Assembly (NCBI GenBank): GCA_016936665.1
Contig: JAFGXI010000024.1
Span: 7,832 to 71,831 of the forward strand
Reading direction: 5' to 3'
DNA from: Bacteroidales bacterium
Lineage (GTDB): Bacteria; Bacteroidota; Bacteroidia; Bacteroidales; JAFGXI01
Length of the DNA: 64,000 nucleotides
Numbering within the stretch: the stretch's first letter is position 1; each line of letters starts with the position of its first letter. The translations under genes and the position numbers were made by a program. This document shows positions 1 to 8,678 of this stretch, piece after piece. Below the pieces are notes generated by a model. It was not told where the DNA came from. It worked only from the letters and a program-made list of their open reading frames with translations, and did no database searches.

Positions 1-575
1 TTACCGAAATCGATCCTATTTGCGCATTGCAAGCTTCTATGGAAGGATTTGAAGTGACTACAATGGAAGAAGCTGTAAAAGAAGGAAATATCTTTGTTAC
101 TACTACAGGTAATAAAGATGTAATTACAGCAGAACACATGAAACAAATGAAAGATAAATCAATAGTTTGTAATATTGGTCACTTCGATAACGAAATTCAG
201 GTTGCCGAAATGCAAGCTATCGATGGTATCAGAAGAGAAAATATTAAAGATCAGGTCGATCAATATCATTTCCCCGATGGGCATTCGATTATTCTACTTT
301 CAGAAGGTCGATTGGTTAACTTAGGTAACGCTACAGGTCATCCATCATTTGTAATGAGTAACTCGTTCACAAACCAAACATTGGCTCAAATGGAAATCTG
401 GAACAACGATTTAGCAATTGATGTTTATCGATTACCAAAACACCTCGACGAAGAAGTTGCAAGATTACACTTAGAACATGTTGGCGTTAAATTAACCACT
501 TTAACCAACGAACAAGCCGAATATCTTGGTGTACCTAAAGGAGGGCCATATAAACCAGATCATTACAGATATTAG
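1..575 (+). CDS. ahcY: Adenosylhomocysteinase, C-terminal fragment (5' end lies outside the window)
   Basis: The open frame runs in from the window edge. The translation ([33 protein letters not shown]-terminal PDHYRY) matches the NAD-binding and C-terminal region of SAH hydrolase. Confidence 0.9.
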   Translation, partial: TEIDPICALQASMEGFEVTTMEEAVKEGNIFVTTTGNKDVITAEHMKQMKDKSIVCNIGHFDNEIQVAEMQAIDGIRRENIKDQVDQYHFPDGHSIILLSEGRLVNLGNATGHPSFVMSNSFTNQTLAQMEIWNNDLAIDVYRLPKHLDEEVARLHLEHVGVKLTTLTNEQAEYLGVPKGGPYKPDHYRY

Positions 576-618
576 TATTGTTTTTGTTAGGAAAACAATT
601 CAAAATAAATTAACTTGC

Positions 619-644
619 GAAGCCTCAGAAATGGGGCTTTTTTT
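619..644 (+). terminator. Rho-independent terminator candidate after ahcY
   Basis: GAAGCCTC/GGGGCTT stem of about 8 bp (2 G-U pairs) with a 6-nt loop, followed by a T run at 641-644. It lies inside the TTG-extended N-terminus of the 615 ORF, which argues for the ATG at 645 as the real start. Confidence 0.55.
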
Positions 645-1046
645 ATGGCAAAAACAGTAAATATTAAAACGACAGAATATCTAAATTGGAATTTGATTGG
701 AGTTAATAGCCAAGTGAAAGATTATCAGTTGGCTATGGCTATTGGTGATGATGCTCAAATGAATTTAAGCTTGACGCAAAAAGTCAATTTAGATAAAGCT
801 ATCTTTTACCATGGGCAAAATGATTTTCAACATATCATTTTACTAAACAACCAAGTAGATCAGGATAAATACATCTTTACAAGTTTAAAAACCTTTGAGT
901 ATATATTAATCAGTAATAATATAGGAGAAAAGTGTCTTAAGAAACTTAATATTAATCCATCGATATTATTAGCAAACAACATCAGTTTAACAGTCCTGTC
1001 GGCAAAAGAGTTAAAAATTTTTCGTTTTATTATCGATAATTTTTAA
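645..1046 (+). CDS. Hypothetical protein (about 133 aa)
   Basis: ORF track 615..1046, trimmed to the ATG at 645 (MAKTVNIK...) just after the terminator hairpin. I recognise no motif. Confidence 0.5.
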   Translation: MAKTVNIKTTEYLNWNLIGVNSQVKDYQLAMAIGDDAQMNLSLTQKVNLDKAIFYHGQNDFQHIILLNNQVDQDKYIFTSLKTFEYILISNNIGEKCLKKLNINPSILLANNISLTVLSAKELKIFRFIIDNF

Positions 1047-1155
1047 AATACTGATTTTTTTTTTGCTCAATAAAACATTCTTTTATAATATTGTAACCAA
1101 ATTCAAGTCCTAGGACTATAAAGACACAAATTTATTATCAATCCAACCATTTTTT

Positions 1156-2931
1156 ATGTATAAAAAAGAAGTCTTAGAAGATAAACTTCTTGCTGATATT
1201 CGTATGATTGCTAAAGATTTAGGAATTAAACGAGTAGAATCATTCAGAAAACAAGAATTAATATTTGCTATCCTTGACAGGCAAGCAGAAGTCGAATCTA
1301 AAAAAGAAACCGACCAAGCTCAAAAAAGCAAAAGGCCAAGGCTTAAAGTGAATAAAGAACATAACTCTCCGTTTGTAAAGGGCGATGTTGTTAACACAAA
1401 AGTAAAAGCGACAACAGCTCCTCCCATCAAAAAAGAAGAAGAAACAGCTCCAAAACAAGAACAAAATAATCAAAACCAATCAAATCGCTCAGATCATCAA
1501 AATGAAAGATATTCTAAAGATGCTTCTCAAAAACTAGACTTTCAAAAACAGAAAAGAAAGCGAATAGGCGATTTTAAACAGGGAGAGAAACTCCCCTACA
1601 ACGAGAATAACAGAAGAACTTACCAGCCTAGTGTTGACAACGAGAATAATAGAAACTCATTTCAACCTAAAATTGACAACGACAAGGTCGCTCAAGTTAG
1701 CCAAGAAGACAATGCAAAACCTGCAGAATCTTATAAAAGACCTTATAATAACGACAACCAGCAACAGCGAAATAAAGTGTCACAGCAAGCTCAGAAACCT
1801 CAAGTAGAGTTCAAAGGGGTTATTGAAACTTCTGGAGTACTCGAAATTATACAAGATGGTTATGGATTCTTAAGATCGTCGGATTATAATTATTTGAATT
1901 CTCCCGATGATGTATATGTTTCTCAGTCTCAAATAAAGTCGTTTTCGTTAAGATCTGGCGACACAATTACAGGAACGATTCGTCCTCCTAAGGAAGGAGA
2001 AAAGTTTTTCCCTTTAGTGAAAATTAGTTCTATCAACGGACGTTCTCCTGAAGCGGTTCGCGACAGAGTACCTTTCGATCATTTAACACCTTTATTCCCA
2101 GATGAAAAGTTTAATATAACAGGCAATGGTAAGGCAACTTTAACAACTCGTGTTATCGATTTGATCGCGCCAATAGGAAAAGGACAAAGAGGTTTGATTG
2201 TTGCGCAACCTAAAACCGGTAAAACCATGTTGTTGCAAGAAATTGCAAACGCTATCGCGGCTAATCATCCGGAGGTTTATCTTATCATCTTACTTATCGA
2301 CGAAAGACCTGAGGAGGTTACTGAAATGGCAAGACACGTAGATGCAGAGGTTATTGCGTCAACATTCGACGAGCCTGCCGAAAGACACGTAAAAGTAGCC
2401 AATATAGTTCTCGAAAAAGCCAAAAGATTAGTTGAAAGTGGACACGATGTCGTTATATTACTAGACTCAATAACTCGTTTAGCCAGAGCATACAATACAG
2501 TTGCCCCTTCGTCTGGTAAAGTATTATCGGGTGGAGTCGATGCTAACGCTCTTCAGAAACCAAAACGATTCTTTGGAGCCGCTAGAAATATTGAAAATGG
2601 AGGGTCACTTTCAATTATAGCTACAGCACTTACAGAAACAGGCTCTAAAATGGACGAAGTTATTTTCGAAGAGTTTAAAGGAACAGGTAATATGGAGTTA
2701 CAGCTCGATAGAAAACTATCTAATAGAAGAATTTATCCTGCGGTTGACATTACAGCATCCGGAACTCGTAGAGAAGACTTGTTGTTACCGGAACATATGA
2801 TTAGTCGTTTGTGGATATTGAGAGAATTTTTAGCCGATATGAATCCTATAGAAGCTATGGATTTTATGCGAACAAGGCTGCCTCGAACATTGAATAACGA
2901 AGAGTTTATATTAACAATGGATAAAGATTAA
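1156..2931 (+). CDS. rho: Transcription termination factor Rho with a long N-terminal insertion
   Basis: N-terminal helical bundle ([13 protein letters not shown]); CSD-like RNA-binding region ([15 protein letters not shown]); Walker A (AQPKTGKT); the [14 protein letters not shown] and RLARAYN motifs; C-terminal [15 protein letters not shown]. Residues about 45-216 are low-complexity N/Q/K-rich sequence. Confidence 0.95.
   Translation: MYKKEVLEDKLLADIRMIAKDLGIKRVESFRKQELIFAILDRQAEVESKKETDQAQKSKRPRLKVNKEHNSPFVKGDVVNTKVKATTAPPIKKEEETAPKQEQNNQNQSNRSDHQNERYSKDASQKLDFQKQKRKRIGDFKQGEKLPYNENNRRTYQPSVDNENNRNSFQPKIDNDKVAQVSQEDNAKPAESYKRPYNNDNQQQRNKVSQQAQKPQVEFKGVIETSGVLEIIQDGYGFLRSSDYNYLNSPDDVYVSQSQIKSFSLRSGDTITGTIRPPKEGEKFFPLVKISSINGRSPEAVRDRVPFDHLTPLFPDEKFNITGNGKATLTTRVIDLIAPIGKGQRGLIVAQPKTGKTMLLQEIANAIAANHPEVYLIILLIDERPEEVTEMARHVDAEVIASTFDEPAERHVKVANIVLEKAKRLVESGHDVVILLDSITRLARAYNTVAPSSGKVLSGGVDANALQKPKRFFGAARNIENGGSLSIIATALTETGSKMDEVIFEEFKGTGNMELQLDRKLSNRRIYPAVDITASGTRREDLLLPEHMISRLWILREFLADMNPIEAMDFMRTRLPRTLNNEEFILTMDKD
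1600..1677 (+). repeat. In-frame 2 x 39 nt tandem duplication inside the Rho insertion
   Basis: Unit 1600-1638 ([13 protein letters not shown]) is directly followed by unit 1639-1677 ([13 protein letters not shown]). Both units begin AACGAGAATAA and end TTGAC. Confidence 0.8.
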
Positions 2932-2933
2932 TT

Positions 2934-2959
2934 AAAGCACCCAATCGGGTGCTTTTTTT
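2934..2959 (+). terminator. Rho-independent terminator after rho
   Basis: AGCACCC-AATC-GGGTGCT perfect 7-bp stem with a 4-nt loop, followed by TTTTTTT. Confidence 0.8.
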
Positions 2960-3020
2960 GTAAATTAGCTCAACTAAAAATTATTAATTTCGTATTAAAA
3001 CCCTATTAAAATAATTACAT

Positions 3021-4289
3021 ATGAAAATAGATGTCAGTGGAGCGCTTCAGTTTGTTAAAGCCTCAGATTTTGAAGAACTTAAAAAACAAGCTATTGAAGA
3101 ACTTAAAGCTTTAAAAGCAAAGACAAAAGCCGGTAACGATTTTTTAGGTTGGATGCATTGGGGGGCTTCAATGCCTAAAGAAGAAATTGAAAAAATAAAA
3201 AGTATAGCCAAACGACTTCAATCTCTAGAAACGATAGTTGTGATCGGAATAGGAGGTTCATATTTAGGGGCAAAAGCCGTTATAGATGCCTTTAAACCTT
3301 ACTTTACAGCTCAGAAAACAGAAGTTGTTTTTGCCGGGCAAAATCTAGATGAGGTTTATATTAACGAACTAAAAGATTATTTGAAAAATAGAAATTTTGG
3401 AATTATTGTTATTTCGAAATCTGGAACGACTCTCGAGCCTGCTGTAGCTTTCAGACTTTTATTCGAACAACTAGTTCAGCAATTTGGAGAAGCATCTATT
3501 AAAGATAGAGTAGTGGCTATTACCGACGAAAATAAAGGTGCTTTACGCTCATTAGTTAATGCTTATGGTATTGATAGTTTTGTTGTGCCCGACGATGTGG
3601 GAGGTAGATACTCTGTTTTAACTCCGGTTGGTTTGTTGCCTATAGCAGTAGCCGGTGTCGACATAGACAACTTGTTGCAAGGGGCTATAGATGCCGAAGT
3701 TTTATACCAAAAAGAAGATATTAATAATCCGGCAATCCAATACGCCACTATAAGAAATATTTTGTATCATAAGTCGTATACCAATGAGGTTATGGTTTAT
3801 TCCGTGCCTAAATTGAATGCTTTTATTGAATGGTGGAAGCAATTGTACGGTGAAAGCGAAGGTAAAGATCATAAGGGAATTTTTCCTGTATCGCTAAATA
3901 TCACGACCGATTTACATTCTTTAGGACAGTTTGTTCAAGATGGTACAAGAAACTTATTCGAAACATTTATTCGTATTTCAGAACCAAAAACAAAATTACA
4001 AGTTAACCATTCCGAAGCCAATTACGATGGTTTGAATTATTTGACAGGAAAAGGTTTGCATTATATTAATAAACAAGCAGAAAAAGGTACCATTCAAGCC
4101 CATTCCGGCGGAGGAGTACCTATAATAGAAATAGAAATAGACAAAATCGATGAAAAGAACATCGGAGAATTGATTTTCTTTTTCGAAATAGCATGTGGCA
4201 TTAGTGGTTACTTGTTAGGCGTCAATCCATTCGATCAACCCGGTGTAGAAGCCTATAAAAAGAACATGTTTTCTTTATTAGGCAAATAA
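3021..4289 (+). CDS. pgi: Glucose-6-phosphate isomerase (short, Bacillus-type)
   Basis: VVIGIGGSYLGAKA, IVISKSGTTLEP, DDVGGRYSVLTPVGLLP and GESEGKD motifs, all typical of PGI. Confidence 0.9.
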   Translation: MKIDVSGALQFVKASDFEELKKQAIEELKALKAKTKAGNDFLGWMHWGASMPKEEIEKIKSIAKRLQSLETIVVIGIGGSYLGAKAVIDAFKPYFTAQKTEVVFAGQNLDEVYINELKDYLKNRNFGIIVISKSGTTLEPAVAFRLLFEQLVQQFGEASIKDRVVAITDENKGALRSLVNAYGIDSFVVPDDVGGRYSVLTPVGLLPIAVAGVDIDNLLQGAIDAEVLYQKEDINNPAIQYATIRNILYHKSYTNEVMVYSVPKLNAFIEWWKQLYGESEGKDHKGIFPVSLNITTDLHSLGQFVQDGTRNLFETFIRISEPKTKLQVNHSEANYDGLNYLTGKGLHYINKQAEKGTIQAHSGGGVPIIEIEIDKIDEKNIGELIFFFEIACGISGYLLGVNPFDQPGVEAYKKNMFSLLGK

Positions 4290-4327
4290 ATAGTTGTAAT
4301 TTTGCGTATCGACAAAAAGAAATTGTC

Positions 4328-5395
4328 TTGGCAAAAAAAATCACAACAAAATATTTTTTAGAGGCATCCGAAAATATCCCTATCATCGATGTTCGCTCTC
4401 CGGCAGAATACGAAAAGGCTCATATACCGGGTGCTTTTAATATTCCGCTGTTTTCAAACGAAGAGAGAGCTATTGTAGGTACAGCGTATAAACAACAAGG
4501 AAAAGAGCAAGCCATGTTTATTGGACTGGGCATCGTTGGTCCGAAAATGCGTTTGCTGGCAGAACAAGCCAAAAATATTTCTGTCAATAATCAGCTATTA
4601 GTGCATTGTTGGAGAGGAGGGATGCGTAGCGAGAGTATGGCTTGGTTGTTCAAGCAAGTTGGTATTGAATGTACCTTATTGCGTGGCGGATATAAAGCTT
4701 ATCGTTCGTATTTTAAAAACCAGTTATCTCAACTAAAAAATATTATTGTTTTGAGTGGTTATACAGGAAGCGGGAAAACGGATATCTTAAATGAACTGGA
4801 ATTGATGGGCGAACAAGTTATCGATTTGGAAGGTTTAGCTCATCATAAAGGATCAGCATTTGGGGCGATAGGTATGTCGGAACAACCCTCCACCGAGCAA
4901 TTCGAAAATAATCTTTTCGAAGCAGTAAGAAAGATGAGCCCGAATAAAAGAGTTTGGGTTGAAGACGAAAGCAAGGCAATTGGTAAAAATTTTATTCCCG
5001 ACGAGTTTTTTAAGCCAATGCGATCTGCTCCGGTTGTTTTAATTGACATCCCGAAATCTGTCAGAATAAAACGACTTGTAGAAGAATACACAAATGTTCC
5101 TGGCGAATTGCTTATATATCATTTGAACCGAATCGCTAAACGATTAGGACCATTGCAAACTAAATTAGCCATCGAAGCTGTCAAAAATAACGAAATGAGT
5201 AAAGCCGTAGATTTAAGCTTGACATTTTACGATAAAGCCTATGAATTTGGGCTGACGAAAAGAACACGTTTCTCTCTGATAAAAATTAAATTAAACGAAG
5301 ATCATCCAAAAAACTACGCATTACAAATAATAGATGCTGTTAAAAACAACGATTTTATAGATCAAAACCTAAACGAACAAATGGATTTTGGTTAA
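4328..5395 (+). CDS. selU: tRNA 2-selenouridine synthase
   Basis: N-terminal rhodanese domain with the active-site loop HCWRGGMRS, followed by the P-loop SGYTGSGKT. Length and architecture match SelU/MnmH/YbbB. The frame has no ATG near its start, so the apparent start is the TTG at 4328. Confidence 0.85.
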   Translation: MAKKITTKYFLEASENIPIIDVRSPAEYEKAHIPGAFNIPLFSNEERAIVGTAYKQQGKEQAMFIGLGIVGPKMRLLAEQAKNISVNNQLLVHCWRGGMRSESMAWLFKQVGIECTLLRGGYKAYRSYFKNQLSQLKNIIVLSGYTGSGKTDILNELELMGEQVIDLEGLAHHKGSAFGAIGMSEQPSTEQFENNLFEAVRKMSPNKRVWVEDESKAIGKNFIPDEFFKPMRSAPVVLIDIPKSVRIKRLVEEYTNVPGELLIYHLNRIAKRLGPLQTKLAIEAVKNNEMSKAVDLSLTFYDKAYEFGLTKRTRFSLIKIKLNEDHPKNYALQIIDAVKNNDFIDQNLNEQMDFG

Positions 5396-5440
5396 CTTTG
5401 CAATGCATTATAATTTGATAAAACAGACTTAGTCTGATAA

Positions 5441-5480
5441 AAAAGTGCATACTGCCTAAGTTGTACTTATGTGCTTTTTT
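5441..5480 (+). terminator. Weak terminator candidate between selU and selD
   Basis: AAAAGTGCATA...TATGTGCTTTT pairing (11 bp including 2 G-U pairs) followed by a T run. The loop is large at 16 nt, so this is only moderately convincing. Confidence 0.35.
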
Positions 5481-5503
5481 AATAATGAGATAATATATTA
5501 CGA

Positions 5504-6616
5504 ATGAAGTTTAAAACCATTGAAGGAGCTCCGCAACAAGACGATTCTTGCTCGACTACACCGGTAGATCCTAATCAAATAGAGATTCCAAAACTGACAC
5601 AGTTCAGTCCAGGTGCAGGATGAGGTTGCAAGATTTCGCCTCAAGATTTATCAACAATTTTAGCTTCGGATATTAAGTACGCACCACATCCACAGTTAAT
5701 TGTTGGTAACGATAAAAGAGACGATGCTGCTGTTTTTGACCTCGGCGATGGCAAAGCAATAATAAGCACCACCGACTTTTTTACTCCAATTGTTGACGAT
5801 CCGTACGATTTCGGAAGAATTGCTTCTGTAAATGCAATTAGCGATATCTATGCTATGGGCGGAACTCCCACTATGGCAATAGCTATTTTAGGTTGGCCGG
5901 TAAAAAAACTTCCGCTAGAAACAGCACAGAAAGTTATTGAAGGTGCCAGAGCTATATGCAACGAAGCGGGCATAGCTTTGGCAGGTGGGCACAGTATCGA
6001 AATTGGCGATCCTGTTTTTGGATTGGCTGTAACCGGTGTTATCGAAACCGCAAAAGTTAAGCAGAATGCTGGTGGCAATGCTGGTGATTTATTATTTCTA
6101 ACAAAACCACTAGGAATCGGAATAATGGCAACTGCCGAAAAACAAGGTAAAATTGAAGAAAAACATCGACAAGAAATAATTAAGTGGATGTCGACCTTAA
6201 ATAAAGTAGGACAAGATCTTTCGAATTTCGAGGCTGTAAGTACAATTACCGATGTAACAGGATTTGGTTTACTAGGCCATTTAATCGAAATATGCGAAGC
6301 CAGCGAGTTGAATGCAGTCATCGAATTTGATAAAGTACCAACCATCGATGGCCTTCAAAAATATATCGATATGGAAACCTTCCCCGGAGGTTTGTTTAAG
6401 AATTATAAAAGTTATAAACCCCAAGTTCATGAATTAAGTAACCAGCAAAAATACGTGCTATGTGATGCTCAAACCAGTGGGGGCTTATTAGTAGCCGTAA
6501 ACCCTGACCAAGCTTCTGAAGTTGTTGATTACATGAGTTCAATAAACCATCCTTTTTATCCGATAGGTTATCTTACAGAGCAAAATGATACCGAAAAGAT
6601 TGTTAAAGTGATATAA
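5504..6616 (+). CDS. selD: Selenide, water dikinase (selenophosphate synthetase); selenocysteine-containing form with an in-frame UGA at codon 40
   Basis: The ATG at 5504 is in frame with ORF 5855..6616, and the only interruption is the TGA at 5621-5623. Translation: ...LTQFSPGAG-U-GCKISPQDL..VGNDKRDDAAVFDL..IISTTDFFTPIVDDPYDFGRIASVNAISDIYAMGG. This is collinear with E. coli SelD (LTQYSHGAGCGCKISP...), and the TGA sits at the position of Cys17. Confidence 0.9.
5621..5623 (+). other. UGA selenocysteine recoding site in selD
   Basis: The TGA lies exactly at the catalytic Cys/Sec position of the conserved GAG(C/U)GCK loop. Conserved SelD sequence continues in the same frame on both sides. Confidence 0.85.
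5625..5655 (+). promoter_or_regulatory. Candidate bacterial SECIS hairpin
   Basis: It starts immediately 3' of the UGA. GUUG(5625-5628)/CAAC(5652-5655) forms an outer stem, then a 2x2 internal loop, then AGAUUU(5631-5636) paired with AGAUUU(5644-5649) (6 bp, 2 G-U pairs). The apical loop is the 7-nt CGCCUCA. Folded by eye only. Confidence 0.45.
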
Positions 6617-6639
6617 TTATAATAATTAAAAAAAAATAA

Positions 6640-6670
6640 AGCGGAAAACTGAAGTGAGTTCCGCTTTTTT
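6640..6670 (+). terminator. Rho-independent terminator after selD
   Basis: GCGGAA(AA)CT...AGTTCCGC stem followed by TTTTTT. It lies inside the GTG-extended N-terminus of ORF 6654, which supports the ATG at 6735 as the true start of the next gene. Confidence 0.75.
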
Positions 6671-6734
6671 GCGTTTAAGTCGGTCGTTTGTTTTTCTTCT
6701 AAAAAGTTTATTTTTACAGAAAATAATTAGAAGT

Positions 6735-8678
6735 ATGACGAAAAGAACCGTTTTTAGAATGCTAGATATCGCGGCAGAGAAATATGCCGAAAAGCCTTAT
6801 TTAAGTCAAAAGAACGACCATGGTTGGGATAGAGTTACATTCTCTGGGGCCAAACGTAAAGCACGTATATTAGCTTCGGCATTCAAAGAACTTGGGATAG
6901 GCTACGAAGATAAAATATCAATTTTATCCGAGGCAAAAAATGATTGGATTATCTCTGAATTTGCATGTTTATATGCCGGTGCAATTTCGGTTCCCTTATC
7001 AATCAAGCTAATGCCCGAAGAGATTCCTTTTCGTGTAAATCATTCCGATTCGAAATTATTTGTTATTTCTGAAAACACATTCGAAAAAGTAGTTAGCCAG
7101 TGGGATAAATACGAATATGCCAATTTGAAATTGGTCGTTTTAGATCGCCCATCGGTGAAGATTGAACAGTTCTGTCAAAAATATAAATTCGATGTTTCAA
7201 GAATTAAATATGTAGACGATTTGTATCAAATTGGAGAAAGCTCTATCGATAAAAATGAAGAATATTTAAGAACAATAGAAGAAAATATTAAAGAAGATGA
7301 TGTTGTTACCATCTCGTACACTTCAGGTACAACTGGTAATCCTAAAGGCATCATGTTAACACATTTGAATTATTATTCAAATAGCCATGAGGCTGTTAAT
7401 ACATTTAAAATCAGAGAGTATATTTCAACATTGATAATTTTACCAACCGATCATTCGTTTGCACATACTGTTGGTATATATACTTCGTTGGTAAAAGGCT
7501 TGTCGTTACACTTTGTCAATGCCAGAGGAGGAGGTATGAATGCTTTAAAAAATATACCTAAAAACTTATTAGAATCGCATTCCAATTTTTTACTTACTGT
7601 TCCAGCGCTTACGAGCAATTTTATCGCTAAAATGAAAGAAGGTATTAAAGCAAAAGGTTCGTTCGTAGAAGGAATATTTCTCCGTGGCTTAAAAGCAGGG
7701 ATGAAGAGAAATGGCGATGCTTTTCATAAGCCGGGAGTTTTGGTTCAAGTATCAACATTTTTTAATTATTGGTTAGCCGAAAAGTTAATCTTTTCGAAAT
7801 TAAGAGCCATTTTTGGCGACAGTATCGAATTTTTTGTAGGTGGAGGAGCCTTGCTCGATATCAAGCAACAACAATTTTATAAAGCCATTGGAATACCTGT
7901 ATATCAAGGTTATGGCTTAACGGAAGCTTCTCCCATTATTTCCACAAATACACCATACATGCATAAAATGGGAACCTCCGGAAAAGTGTTAGGGGGCGTA
8001 GTTTGCCGAATTTGCGACGATAAGGGAAATGATTTACCTAAAGGCCAAAAAGGTGAAATTGTAATCAAAGGCGATAATGTGATGAAAGGCTATTATAAAA
8101 ATTCGGAGGCTTCGGCTGAAGTTTTAAAAGATGGCTGGTTGTTTACAGGTGATTTAGGATATTTCGATGAAGATGATTTTTTAATTGTGGTCGGTCGCGA
8201 AAAAGCATTATTAATTTCTGAGGATGGGGAGAAGTATTCACCAGAAGAAATTGAGGAAGCTATTGTCAATAGTTCAGGATTAATTCAACAAGTAATGATC
8301 TATAACGATCATAAAAAATACACAACTGCACTTTTAACACTAAACATTGATTTAACTAAAGAAGCCATCAAAAAGCATCATATCAAGTCAGCTTCGGCGT
8401 TGAGAGATTTTATTAAAGTAGAGATGCTTAATTTTTCTAACCAAAAAGAATTTAAAGGCAAATTTCCGGAAAAATGGATTCCTTCTTTATTTCAAGTGAT
8501 AGAAGAACCATTTTCGGAAGATAATCACATGATAAATTCGACTTTAAAAATGGTTCGCCACAAAATTCTTGAAAACTATCAAGATCGTATAGATGTAATG
8601 TACTCGGCACAATCGCAACAACAATCGCTTGAAAGAAACATCGAAGCATTAAACCGTATGTTCAAGTTGGAAAATTAA
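6735..8678 (+). CDS. Long-chain acyl-CoA synthetase / AMP-binding enzyme
   Basis: AMP-binding signature ISYTSGTTGNPKGIMLTH, plus YQGYGLTE, FTGDLGYFDEDDFLIVVGREK and GEKYSPEEIE. Start trimmed to MTKRTVFRMLD. Confidence 0.85.
   Translation: MTKRTVFRMLDIAAEKYAEKPYLSQKNDHGWDRVTFSGAKRKARILASAFKELGIGYEDKISILSEAKNDWIISEFACLYAGAISVPLSIKLMPEEIPFRVNHSDSKLFVISENTFEKVVSQWDKYEYANLKLVVLDRPSVKIEQFCQKYKFDVSRIKYVDDLYQIGESSIDKNEEYLRTIEENIKEDDVVTISYTSGTTGNPKGIMLTHLNYYSNSHEAVNTFKIREYISTLIILPTDHSFAHTVGIYTSLVKGLSLHFVNARGGGMNALKNIPKNLLESHSNFLLTVPALTSNFIAKMKEGIKAKGSFVEGIFLRGLKAGMKRNGDAFHKPGVLVQVSTFFNYWLAEKLIFSKLRAIFGDSIEFFVGGGALLDIKQQQFYKAIGIPVYQGYGLTEASPIISTNTPYMHKMGTSGKVLGGVVCRICDDKGNDLPKGQKGEIVIKGDNVMKGYYKNSEASAEVLKDGWLFTGDLGYFDEDDFLIVVGREKALLISEDGEKYSPEEIEEAIVNSSGLIQQVMIYNDHKKYTTALLTLNIDLTKEAIKKHHIKSASALRDFIKVEMLNFSNQKEFKGKFPEKWIPSLFQVIEEPFSEDNHMINSTLKMVRHKILENYQDRIDVMYSAQSQQQSLERNIEALNRMFKLEN

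Noticed and set aside
615-644. N-terminal extensions proposed by the ORF track (615 TTG here; likewise 6654 GTG, 37246 ATG and 53507 ATG)
   Set aside because: The extensions at 615 and 6654 run through terminator hairpins of the upstream genes. The one at 37246 would overlap the upstream gene by 119 nt. The one at 53507 precedes a clear signal-peptide start. Internal ATGs give compact, non-overlapping gene models.
5621-5623. The TGA could mark selD as a pseudogene or a sequencing error
   Set aside because: The stop falls exactly on the known Cys/Sec catalytic position. Conserved sequence continues in the same frame on both sides with no frameshift, and a hairpin follows the codon. Recoding is the simpler explanation, but it still needs selABC to be present elsewhere in the genome.
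5848-6345. 165-aa ORF antisense to selD
   Set aside because: It lies entirely within, and opposite to, the strongly conserved selD reading frame. It has no recognisable motifs and its composition is that of a mirror-frame artefact.
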